Source of the DNA: Antechinus flavipes
Lineage: Eukaryota
Length of the DNA stretch: 64,000 bases
Direction: 5' to 3'
NCBI RefSeq assembly: GCF_016432865.1
Contig: NC_067398.1
Span: 48,608,001-48,672,000, forward strand
Part shown: positions 35,982 to 55,720 of the stretch, in pieces
Layout of the letters: each line of letters starts with the position of its first letter
How positions within the stretch are numbered: the stretch's first letter is position 1
Translations under genes and position numbers: made by a program
Notes under the pieces: generated by a model
Databases searched by the model: none
What the model was told of the DNA's origin: nothing
What the model saw: only the letters and a program-made list of their open reading frames with translations

Positions 35982-37887
35982 ATGCAGCATCGCACCCTCG
36001 CTTCGGCCCCGGGCCTTTGGGCTTCCATCCCCTGTCCACGATCTGAGCTGGACTTGGACCTGGTCCTATCTTCGGGCCAGTCCTTCAGGTGAGCGACGGC
36101 GGCTCCATGTGCCCGGGCGTCCCCTGGAGCTCTGGGAAGGGGAGGTTGGGGAAGGGATCCTCGGACACTGGAAGGGAGGCGCAGGCTCAGCGGGCGGACT
36201 CTGCCTGTCTCTCTCCCTCGTACCAGCTGGAGAGAGCAGAGCCCGAGGCACTGGACGGGCGTCCTGGACGGCCGGCTGTGGACGCTGACCCAAGCGGACG
36301 GGCGGCTGCACTACACCGTGTACGGGGAGTCGGCCGGGCCCGGGGCTCCGCACACCCTGCGCCGCTTCTTTCAGCTCCACGTCCGCCTGGCCGACCTGTA
36401 CCGGCATTGGGCCTCCGCGGACCCCCACTTCCGAGAAGTGGCCCCGAGATTCCCGGGTAAGCAGGAGGCCGGGGCGCTGTTCGAGGGGCGGGCGATCCGG
36501 AGCCCGGCTGACGTCCCTCCTCCCCCCGCAGGGGTCCGGCTGCTCAGACAGGAGCCCGTGGAATGCCTCTTCTCCTTCATATGCTCCTCCAACAATCACC
36601 TCTCCAGGATCACCGGGATGGTGCAGCGGCTGTGCGCGCACTTGGGGCCGCCGCTGGGCCAGCTGGACGGCGTCTCCTACCACGGCTTCCCCAGCTTGCA
36701 GGCTCTAGCCCGTGAGCCCGCCCCGCCTGCCCCCGCAGCCCCCCGCTCAGCGGCAGACGGGGCGCCCCGTCCCTCCTCCGCACCCCCGCCCGACTCTCCG
36801 CGGTTCGGGAGCAGAGGCTGCCCCGTGGGCACTGTTCTTCCTTTACGCTTTTAACGGGCCTCGGGTCTTCCCACCGGGCTGTCCCGCAGGGCAGGGTGAT
36901 GCATTTTTTCCCATCTGGGCCCTTCGAGCCCTAGACTGGGGTGTTGAGCTCACCGCGTTGCCCAACTCTCCCTGCAGAAGCTGAGGTGGAGCCTCAACTC
37001 CGGGAGCTGGGTTTTGGGTACCGGGCCCGCTTTGTGAGTGAGAGCGCCCGCGCCATCCTGAATGACCGGGGGGGACTCGGTTGGCTGCAGCAGCTCCGTT
37101 CGGTGTCCTACGAGGAAGCCCAACAGAACCTCTGCTCGCTGCCTGGGGTCGGGATAAAGGTAAGGCCCGGGAAGATGCCCAGCGCCCGTCACTTCTTTGG
37201 GGCCCAGTGTACACACACAGGCAGCTTTGCAAGCAAATGGAGCTCACAAGTGAGAGATTGGGTGAGATGAGGAGGACCGAGGAACAGACTGGATCCTGAA
37301 CTGCTTTGTTGAAGGTGGCGGACTGCGTGTGTCTCATGGCGCTGGACAAGCCCCAAGCTGTGCCCGTGGATGTCCACGTCTGGCAGATCGCCCGCCGGGA
37401 CTACGGCTGGCAGCCTGCTTCCAAGGGTCAGAAGAGCCTGAGCCAGAAGGCCAGCAAAGAGCTGGGTGAGCCGAGTCCTGGGGCTGGGCTGGGAGGGGAG
37501 GGGAGGCATCATCAGGAAAGCGGTAGGTGCAGCAGCAGTCCTTCTGTTGTAGGAGACTTCTTCCGCAGCCTGTGGGGGCCCTATGCTGGCTGGACTCAAG
37601 CGGTTAGTGTCTTATTTCCCAGGACCTCCCCTAGCCTTTGTTCTGTTCATGTGTGTGTGTGTGCAGTGTCATTCTGCTCCCTCCCACTTCAAGCCCACAG
37701 GACTTGCAGGGGAAGACTGCCTACCCCTGGTTTCTTTCTTTAGGTGCTCTTCTGTGCAGACCTGAGACAGATCCCCAAACCGCAGATTCTCCAGGAAAAG
37801 GCAAAGCCTCGGAAGCGCAAAAAGCAGACCTCTGAGGGAAGCAGGGGCCCAATGTCAGGGCAGGAGGCTACTGGAAAACCAGGGTGA
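35982..37887 (+). CDS. OGG1: 8-oxoguanine DNA glycosylase/AP lyase, nuclear alpha-type form, 347 aa
   Basis: Exons: 35982-36088, 36227-36456, 36532-36711, 36978-37159, 37315-37465, 37553-37602, 37744-37887. Contains the HhH-GPD motif LPGVGIK...PVDVH (catalytic Lys and Asp equivalents) and a C-terminal NLS KPRKRKK. Confidence 0.95.
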
Positions 37888-38121
37888 CGGAAAACTGCCT
37901 CACTCTCCAGTCCTCACCAGGGACAGATCCCCTCCTTTCCCTCTCCTCACCTCTGCCCAGTGTTGGGCTTGGGGGTTCCATCTGACTTTCAGCATCTACC
38001 TCAGAGGCAATTTATATCCCATAGCAGATGGTCAGTTGAGCACTATTGGGGAAAGGTAAGGATTGGGAAATGCCAGCTAAGCTGGAGAGACAACACGATC
38101 CAATGGTTTTAACCTCTTCCC

Positions 38122-38145
38122 TTTAATAAAAGAATGAACAATAAA
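38122..38145. terminator. Overlapping poly(A) signals for OGG1 (+) and CAMK1 (-)
   Basis: TTTAATAAA gives AATAAA on + (38125-38130) and ATTAAA on - (38127-38122); a second + AATAAA is at 38140-38145. Confidence 0.65.
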
Positions 38146-38671
38146 ATAGAAATATTTGTTTGGAAAATGAGTGGATCTCTTGACCAGAACATGGGATGTA
38201 ATGGGGAGCACTGAGAGAGGAGAAGTCACTTCACATGTCTCTTCTCAGGGCCCTGACTCCCTCAACAACTTCCCCGATCAGCTCCCTGCCCTTGCCAGAG
38301 GCCAGGGTGATCAGAGTGAGGTGCTAGAAAGGGGTCAGGAAAAGGGTCCAAAACCAGGCCAGAGGGAACAGAAGAGGTCAGTCCTCCCTTCAAGAGAAGC
38401 CTGGGCTGAAGAAAGAAGAAGAGGAGACTTTCCTGGGACAGGACGGGATGGGAAGAGAGGGGAAGAGCAGAGGGCATTTTACCCCTTCCCAAACAATTGG
38501 CAGCTCTAACCCCTTCTGCCCTGCAGCATCCTCTGGAGTATAATGGCTTCTCTTTGGCAGGTTCCACTCTAGCCCCTTCCCCAGGAGCTAACCCACCACC
38601 ACTCTTCCCCTGAGGATGGAGCCCTCCCTCCTCCAAATTCCCAACCTCCAGCAACTGTGTCAAAGGCTGCT

Positions 38672-46531
<7,860 letters not shown>

Positions 46532-46999
46532 TGCCCACTGACTGCTGGCTGCAGCCAGGGCTCCTGGGGATGGCACAGCTTGGGCTCAGGGGGAGCATGG
46601 CCACTCCGAGCCCCTGTTCCTGCTTCCTCTTTCCTAATTCTAGACCATCCTCCTTCCCATCTCTTTCATCTCTTCATCCCTTGAATAACAGGGACTCTAA
46701 AAATTAAACATGGTCCAAACCAGAGCTCCTGTTGTCTACACACACATACACACACAGACACTATAATTGGTAACATAATGGTGGGAACACTCTGAAGTGA
46801 CCTGAGAGATGACTGGTGAAATTCCAGTAAGGTGGGAAGGTCCTTGATCAAGTTGCTGATCTCCTGGGGTTACGTTCAGGGTATCCCTTTGTCCTCCTCC
46901 TCCTCTTCTTCCTCCTCCTCCCTCAGAAAACAGGTTCCCTGCTCCCCCTCTGCCTCCAGTAATATCTCAGCCACATTTTAAAATAGCTCCATTTGCACC

Positions 47000-47013
47000 G
47001 TTGCCATGACAAC
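47000..47013. promoter_or_regulatory. RFX X-box in CAMK1 intron 1
   Basis: GTTGCCATGACAAC, a 13/14 match to the palindromic consensus GTTGCCATGGCAAC. Confidence 0.75.
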
Positions 47014-49169
47014 AGCAGCCACATCTGGAACAGCTGGTACTCCCTCATCCTCCCACCTCTTCTGACCATCATCTCCTATTCCTGCCCCACCCAAAGCAGA
47101 TTCCTAGACCTCTAGGCCTTGTCCCAAACCCCTGTCCTTAATTTCTGGCCTCCTTGAACTCTACTTGGCCCCTCCCTCATACACAGCTTCCAGCTCAAAC
47201 TGGCACCTAAAATTTGAGTACCAAGCACGGCCAGGCTCCTCTGCTTAATCTAATGCCTTACTCTGATTTCCCCAGCAAGGGGACTCGGTTTCCACCAGCT
47301 TCCACCCAAAATATCTCAAATTCATCCTAAGCCCCCTACCTAATCCACATCCTAAATTTAGGAATCCTTCTAAGAAAGCTCCAGGAAGGATGGGAAGTGA
47401 GCAGTGATTCCAATTCTCTAATTGGGGAAACTAAGACCTTGCATTACGCAAGAGTTTAATTCAATGTTTTCCCAGGAAGCTTGATAATTAGTCTCAGTTC
47501 TGCTCCCTGAGCTAAAAGGGGACTGATCTAAGGAGAAAATCTAAGGTGGAAAAGTGATAACCCATGAGATTCTGAGCTATAGGGAAGCAGTGAAAAGAGC
47601 TCCTTGTCTCAACTTTCTCACCTGAAAAAGGAAGGTGTTGGGCTAAATGATATCCAGGGCCCTTTCTCTCTTTTCCATTCTCTGAATCTAGGGAATCAGG
47701 AGACTGTCTCCTAGCATGGGGCCCCCATTAATGAGCTATGTGTTTGGGGGTTCTGTGACTTTCCCTCACTAAATCTGTTTCTTCATTAAGAAAAGGAAAT
47801 TGGACTGGCTGATCATTAATATGGAAGACCAGAATTTTACAAAGCTCCCAGAATTAACAATGATTGCATAGGGGACATATCCCTGGACATCCAGAGATCC
47901 AGATGGATTTTCCCAAAGGAAAAGTGGTCAGAAAGAGTAGGGTAATGAAGAAGTGTAAAATGGAGCTTCCCTGACTCTGGTCCCACCCTCAGCCCCTCCG
48001 CCACAGTCTGATTTCCTCAGGCATCAGGCAGGCTCTCCATTTAGTGCAGCCCAGGCCAGAGCCTGAGTTTGGGTGGTCAGACTGGACTATCCAGTCCCCA
48101 GGGAAGCCCAGATGTTCAAGCAGGAAACAAAGCAAGGGACTGAAGGCCTGAAGGTAGGACATGATCCACACCTCCCTCACTGTCAGTCCTCTGTTGGGCC
48201 AACTTTTCAACAGACTCCCCAAAAGCCCAGGACACCTCTAACCCAGAAAGAGTGCAGCACTAGTATGTTCTGGCAGTAAAGTCTCTTTCCCTTGCCCCAC
48301 GTAGCCCCCCTCCCCAGCTCAGGCTCCAGAGCCAAAAACGGCAAGATGAAAGTTTAAAGATGAATGATGGCCGAATCCTGAGCTCCGTGAAACCCCAAGC
48401 GCAGAGACGGCCCTCCCCGGGACAGAACAACACATGGGGGCGCATACCTTAACCCATCCACACCTGCATACTCACGCGTCCCCCAATCTAGGACACAGCA
48501 ACACCCAAACCTCGGGAACAAGAGACGGACACCCCTGAACTCCACTTCTCCCGTATGCCTTCGGTTGGACACACCCTAACACTCCTCTAAGTGGAGGGGG
48601 GAGGGTTGGACTTTATGACAGCTCATTTGAGCATCCTATGATCCTCCCATAATGCAGACACACACGCCCCTTCAATAACCATATACCTTAGGTCTTGCAC
48701 ACAATACAAACACAGAGCAACATATGTTCGGGCAAAATGCTGACTCTTGTCCAGGGAAGGGGAGCAGCGGCCCCAGGCCCAGAGATCCGCACTCCCGGAG
48801 GACCAACCACTCTACACGCCCCCTCCCCCCCCCCCCCAGAGCAGATTGGCCCGTGGGGTGGAATCCAGGGCCGGCTCACTTATCCCTACTTCACCCCTTC
48901 CCCATTTTAATCTCTTTATCTTTCGCTAAAACACATCCCACCCACGCCTTCATTCGGGATTCAGCCTGGGTCCCCTGGGGAGCGCCTGGGAAAAGGGGAT
49001 ACCGCGCTCCCACCCTGGGCCCAGAGACACACCCTACCTCCTTCTCCCCCTCCCCCTCCCCCAATCTCTGCTGAGACGAAGTACCTTTGTTTGGGACCTT
49101 TGTTTGGAAGGGAAGGCTAGGCACAAGGGCCAGTAGCCGACAGGGGGCAAAGTCCACCCAGGTAACCCT

Positions 49170-50350
49170 AGAAAGAACAGGTGAACATCTTGGGGAACCC
49201 TGGAAGAAGGGGCGGAGGGAGGCTATCCCCTGCAAGGAGACTCCCCGGATCCCTGAGTCCGGGATTTTCCCTTTCCTCAGCCACTGGGGATGGGACTGAG
49301 CTCAGGGCGCATGAGGGGAGAAGGGGGTCGATCCCCCCTCGGGAGGAGCCGCGGAAGATCGAGCGCAGGCTCCCTCGCGCGTACCTGAGGCTGACCCGCA
49401 GTGGGAGGGTGGGAGGTGGTGGGGTGGCTGCTTGGGTCGCTCGGGCCCCCACCCCCACCGCCTCCCGAAGCCGCCGCTGGCTCTGGCCCCGATCTCCGAG
49501 CCGCGCCGCTCCCGCCTGCCCGCCTCGGCGCTCGCCGCCGCCGCCTCCTCGCTCCGGCCCCCGGTGTCCACAATCCGCGGCCGCGGGGGCTTGTCCTCCG
49601 CCTCCCCTCGGCGACCGGACGCTCGGCGGGTTTGCTCTGATGTCAACCGGGCGGGGAGGAGTTTGTGCGGCCGCAGGAGGGGAGAGGGAGAGGAGGGAGG
49701 AGAGAGGGAGACGAGCGGAGCAGGGAGAGGGGAGGGGAGCCGAGCGGAGGCGGGGCGGGAGGAGCCCCTACAGAGCGGCCGCCGAGGGATGCGCAGGGAC
49801 AGGCGAGGACCTCAAAGAAGGCAGGACAATGGATTGGGGCGGGGGGAGGGGTGGGCGGCTGCGTCTCCCGCGTGTGGAGCGGGCAGCCGGGCGGCAGAGC
49901 TGCCGAGGCTCTGAGAATGGGAAGCCTTGGCCAAGGTCGCACAGGTGGTAAGTGGGCCCCGGACTCTGGCTCCAGGTCCGGCCGCCGCCGGGGATCTTTT
50001 CCTGCCCATTGGTTCGGCCGTGTGATGGATGTCGATGTCAGGGGCGTGTGGATCAGGGCCAGGGTGGGCAGGCGGGGGCAGAGGCACCGAGCCTCGAGCT
50101 TTCCACAGAAAGGGACAGCAAGAGGTCGCAAGACCTCCCGTCACTCGAGCCCACCGGCGGCGCTGGCCGAGAGCCGGACCGGCTGGGGATCAGCAGCGAG
50201 TCGCTTCGCTTGCCGGTCTCGGCCAGCTGGGAGTTCCCTGTCTCTCAGCAGTGGACAGCTTTCTCCACAGCAACTCTGGGATCCCTCAGAAGATGGGGCC
50301 GCGTCCCGAATTTCTTCTAACTTCCGCGGCAGCCCGTTGCGGAGCGGGAC
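49170..50350. promoter_or_regulatory. CAMK1: CpG island, promoter and non-coding exon 1 of CAMK1 (about 49640-49385 on -)
   Basis: CpG-rich; CAG|GTACGC donor on - at 49385/49384 can join the exon 2 acceptor at 46563; TSS position is approximate. Confidence 0.75.
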
Positions 50351-50519
50351 ACAAGAGTAAGATATGTATTTACTGCTGCTTTAGTGCCCAGGTTTAGAGG
50401 GAGAAGAGGCTCGGTTCTAGTTTTGTTCTGTTGTTTTCACTCGTGCTAACCCTTCCTGATCCCATCGGGAGTTTTCTTGGCCAAGATATCCCGGATGGTT
50501 TCCCATTTCCTTCTTCAAC

Positions 50520-50630
50520 TCATTTTACAGATAAGGAAACTGAGGTAAAGAGTAAAGACTCGCCCAGATCCCACCCTAGTTAGTGCCTGAGGCCAGGTTC
50601 GAATGCAGGAAGATGGGTCTTTCTGACTCC
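50520..50630 (-). mobile_element. MIR SINE fragment
   Basis: cattttacagataaggaaactgagg. Confidence 0.65.
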
Positions 50631-50779
50631 GGAGACGTCATCCATTTTGACACCCCCCCAACCTTCTCTCCCGACTCCCACCCCTACCGACTCCACCTCC
50701 CCACATCTCAACCCGAACGTCCCATAAGTAACAAACTCAACTTATCCCAAACTGAAGTCACCTTTTCCCCAAAACCCTT

Positions 50780-51540
50780 CCTTCATTCTTGTAGTCACCC
50801 AGATTAGCAACCTCGGAGTCCTTCTCACCTTCTCACTCTCACTGACCCAATTATCTAATCTGTAGCCACGTCTGGTTTCTATCTTTGCAACACCTGCTCT
50901 ATATATTCCCTTCTCCCTGGTCCACCTCCTCCCCCTCACCTCCTGCACTAAAGCCTTGGGGTTGACCTCCATCTCTCCCAACTCCAGGCCATCCTCCAAA
51001 CCCCCAAACCCCCAAAGTGATCTTTCTAAAACTCAGAACTGACTGTATCAGCAAACTCCAATGGCTTCCTGTTACCTTGAGAATCAAACATAAAATTCTC
51101 TGGCTTTGGAAGTCCTTCTCAACCTAGTCTTTTTACACCTTCCTCTCCCTTCCTCATACTGGGCGATCCAGTTCTGTGCATTGCTGTACCTTAATGCTCA
51201 GGCTCCTAACCTTTTCCCTGGATGTCTGCAGTTGCTGGAATGTGCTCCTTTCTCTTTTCTGCCTCTGGGCTTCCTTCAGTCTCAGCTAAAATCCTCTCTT
51301 TTGCAAAAGGCCTTTCATTATTGTTTTTTTTTCTATGCTAGTGCCTTTCCCCAGAGATTACCTCTAATTTACTCTGCATATATTTTGTGTCTACAAAGTT
51401 GTTTCTATGTTGTTTTCTCGTTAAAATGTGAGCATCTTGAGGGCAGGGATCGTTTTGTCTTTCTATTGATTAATACAATGTTGACATTATAAACGCTACT
51501 TGAGTTGATTTGGTTGGTGACTAAATGAATAAAAAAAAAA
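50780..51540 (+). mobile_element. L2 LINE 3' fragment
   Basis: aaagtgatctttctaaaa...ctccaatggcttcc...tgagcatcttgagggcaggga, ending tgaataaaaa. Confidence 0.7.
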
Positions 51541-54500
51541 GAAAGTTGGGGTTCAGTGAAGGTCCAAGGAGATTTGATAAGCTATTTTGGGGAGCTGTTC
51601 ACTCCGTTTATTCCAGCCAAAAAGCTATCCTAAATTATCTGTGTCTATGTTTTATGAATAATAAAAGGCTGAGTGGTCCAAGAAGATCTTGGCAAACTGG
51701 GAGAGGTTGATCTATTTGTAAAGGACTCTGGGATGAGGAAGGACTGCTGTGAAATCCTCCTTTTCCTTTCTCTTCTGTTCCCTAGTCAGCAAGTGGCCTT
51801 CAGGATTGGACCCTTAGGGTTAAGAAGCAGGGGGTGAGTAAAGGTGGTTCAATAAAGAGCTACAGGAAGGACAGGATATCTGGGAGGAAGGACCTGGAAC
51901 TTGTTAGAATCAGGTGAAAGAACAGCAGGTTATGTCATTGGAAGGGGGTGGAGGGAAGGAGGGGAAAAGTTGAAACATAAGTTTTTGCAAAGGTCAGTGT
52001 TGAAAAATTACCCGTGTATACGCTTTGTATATAAAAAGCTATTAAAAAAAAAAAAAAGAACAACAGGTTACCATGTGATAAAGGTCTAAGCTAAAGGTTT
52101 CATGAACTATGAACACATTAGGCAGGAGTGGATGATGGACTCCAAATTTCCAGTTTATTTGGCTCCTCTCTGCCAATGAACAGAGTACTTCCCAAGACCA
52201 TTGAAAAAACAGGTCAGAAGCCAGAATAAGAGAAGTAAATTTATCCAAATGAGTGTCTGAGGAAGAAAACTGAGGAAACTGCAAGGAGAGTTGGAAGGAA
52301 GGAGATTACCTGGAAGGATCAAGAGACTCAGCTTTTAGAAAAATTAAGTTTACTTCCTTTGCAACATCATCCTTTATCTGGTATACCCGTCCTTCCTAAT
52401 TCCTTCTCCTCTTTGCCCTGGGCAAAAATGCTAGGAGAATATAAAGATTTATCAAACATTTATTGAGTACCTACTCAATGTGTGAGAGTAGAGGTTGGGA
52501 AGGAGGAAACGGGAGAATGCATCTTGGATCCTGGAAATGTGGCACCCTCCAGTGGCCAGGATCTTATCCCACAACCTACGAAAACATAGGACCCCCTTCC
52601 ATCATCAAATTTTAGGAAAATTCCCTATCTCTGGAGAAGCAAAATGAACTGGGTGTTCCTTCCATTAGCTGGAGATCAGGACCCTACAGGTAGGTTCAAA
52701 AGGACCGAAAATCTCCCTTCTAGGAGATTGACCTTTAAGAAGGCCTTAAACTCACTCTGAATTTTTCTGGAGCAAAGGTCCCAGACATGGGGAGAACAGA
52801 GGTTTCTAATAAGACAGAAAACGCTAAAACTCTTAGGGAAAACAAAAATAACTTACATATGTCTTATGTAGTTTATGATTAACAAAGAGCTTTCCTCCTC
52901 CTATCAGCCTTTGTGTGATAGGTAGTGTAAGAGTTTTACAAATAAACTAAAGCAAACAAGTTAAATGATTTATAGAACTATAAGTTTTAGAACAAGAAGA
53001 GACCGTACAAATCTAATTCAACTCTCTCATTTCATTTATGAGTTAACTGCCTTAGAAAAGGGAAATTATATGTCCAAAGTCACATAGAAAGTGAAATAGC
53101 ATTAAATTTGAATCTGGACTCTAATCTAGTGCTTGCTTTCTGGTTTCCACTGGTTTCCACTGCTTACCAAAAACAGCTTAAAAGGACTTGGAACCTGGTC
53201 TTAAATTAATAACCACACCCTGATTACAAAAGATAAGACTTGTTCCCTTTGCCTGAAATAACTCTCTTTCCTCTCCTCAACTTTTTGAAACAGCTAGCTT
53301 TAAAATGCCTTCTCTGTTGTTTCCCCCACACCACAAAACTTTTATTATTATTATTATTTTGCATGTATATGAGTGAGCATGCTGTTTAATCAGTAAAATT
53401 TAAAACTGTCTAGTTTTTATCTGTGTATTTCTAGAACCTTAAGCAGGTACCTGTGCAGACATAATACTTAACACACAATAAATACTGTTGAATTGAAGAA
53501 AACAAACAGGCCATAAGAGCATGAAAATTGTCTCCCTAATCAAGCCCATAATTCACCCAATCCCACCTTAATAGGGGACTTGCCAGATTTTCCTCAGACT
53601 ATTTGAAAGTTCAAGGAGTTAGTCTGAGACAAAGTTCTCTCCATGGATGTTGATATCAGAGAAATAGCTCACCATTTTTCATTCTTCTGATGATTCTGCA
53701 ATTTATACGGTCTTTCTGGTAGTTTGTTTTAATCACAAAACACCAAATTTATTTTTAAAGTATAGCTTTATTCTCCCTAAAGATTCTGAAAGATTTAGCT
53801 GATATGAAAGAATGAAAGATCTGATATGAAAGAAAGAAAAAATTTCAGAAATTTACTTGGGAACCTTAAAAATTGCTAAAGTCCCCTTAGTATTCAAAAC
53901 TTATTTAGATTTATCTCAATTGAAAGATCAGAGCCACCAAATCCTACAATGTTTGAAGATGACATCTGCACCATCATTTGTAGAATGAGGAATAGTTTAC
54001 TCAGGGTAAGGAGAGTCATTGATTTTTTCTAAACCTTCCCTTGTCCCCTCACAACCAGTGAAATCTGGTTATGTCATTATGTCCTACTAGAAATTAAAAT
54101 AAACTAAAAACATCCCCCACAGAAACAAGTTTAACTACTATTCATAGCCCTTCAATTTCACTAAGGTAGTTTATACTAGAATAATTATTACATTAACTTT
54201 TAATAGGATTGGATGACATTAAGCAAAAGTTCCCTTGCCTAATCTGACCAGGCCCAATAAAAGTCAAGTTTTCACTGCTGAGGTTTTCCCAGTTTCTTCC
54301 CTGGTGTCTACAAATATACCTAGGTCTCCCCTCTCCGTAAAAGCAACAAAAACCCTTTACTTGAACCTCCTACCATTCAAGTTGGCAACTCCTCTCTCCT
54401 CCCTTTGGTAGTCACAGATTAGGGACCAGACCCAGGATTTCTCTTCCTTTCTGGTAGATTACTGGACCTACATCCACTATTCCTCAACTTTAAATCCCCG

Positions 54501-54639
54501 TACTTTTGGGCTCTATGAGTTGGATGCTCCTCTCTCTCAATGATCTCACCAGTTTCCATGGGTTCTGTCTAGTTTGCCATTGTTTAGACATTTCAGTCAT
54601 GTTCTGCTCTTCATGACTCCCATTTGGGGGGGAGGGTTT

Positions 54640-55720
54640 CTTGTCAAAGATAACAGAGCATTTACCATCTTGTTCCCCACTTTACAGATGAAGAAACTGA
54701 GGCAAGCAGGATTAAGAGCCCATAAGTGTCAGAGACTAGATTTGAACCCAGAAGGCAGCCTTTCCAACCCCAGGCCTGGTGCTCAATCCATTGCATCACC
54801 TAGCCATCCTTTACCTGGACATTTCTACAGCTAAGTCTGGGAGTAACCTGGCAGATGAAGATGTCTCTAGTCCTAGTCTCTTTCCCAAGTCCCACTATCA
54901 CCTCATCAACAGCCACTGACATTTTGAATTGGCAATGATACCGGCATGTCAAACTGAGTGTGTCCCAACCCACTTGCCTTGTCTCCTCACCTCAAAGCTC
55001 TGGAGCATGGGGTCTTCTGGAACGCCTCCCAGCTCTCCCATTCCATCAGCTGCCCCTCCACATGTCCCATCTGACCCCTCCTCACATCGCCCTCTAGTTC
55101 CTGCTCCCATCTGAGTCTTCAGGCCTCCTCCTCCATTAACCCTCACCTGACTTCCAGGACTCTGCATTTACTTTGGATATATTTGGTACCTACTTGTTGA
55201 AGTCTATATTGCCCATTCGCTCTCCCCACGGAGGATCTGAGTTCTTTGAGGACCAGGACTGCCTTGGTTTTATCTTTACACCCCTAGTGCTTAACACATA
55301 GTAGTTATTCAACAAACATTTATGAAGTACTTACTGTGTGCTAAGTGCTTTGATATAATCAAAGGCAAAAGACAGATCTCTTTCTCAAAGGGCTTGTTCT
55401 AATGGAGAGCACTTGTTACATGACTAGTTCAAATTAGTAACAGAAAAGATTCATAAGCACAATACAATTTAATTGTCTTATGACTGTATGAAATGTAGCT
55501 GTTATCCTAGAGGTAACTAAGTGGTACATAGGCTAGACCCCTGGGCCCACAGAGCCAGTAAGCCCCGAGTTTAAACATAGCTAAGCAAGTCACTTAGCCT
55601 CAGTTTCCCCAATTGTAAAATGAAGGGATGATAATCAAAGCAGCCAAACTTCCAAGATTGTTGCAAGGATCCAACAAGTTCACTGTAAGCATAGTGCCTG
55701 GCACACAATAAGCACTTTGT
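54640..55720. mobile_element. Cluster of MIR, L2-tail and Mar1-type SINE fragments
   Basis: ttacagatgaagaaactgaggc (54680s); gagttctttgaggaccaggact and gtgcttaacacatagtag (55220-55310); gcctcagtttccccaattgtaaaatg (55600s). Confidence 0.6.

Noticed and set aside
49181-50397. ORFs of 256 and 231 aa at the CAMK1 promoter
   Set aside because: CpG-island composition artefacts with non-ATG starts
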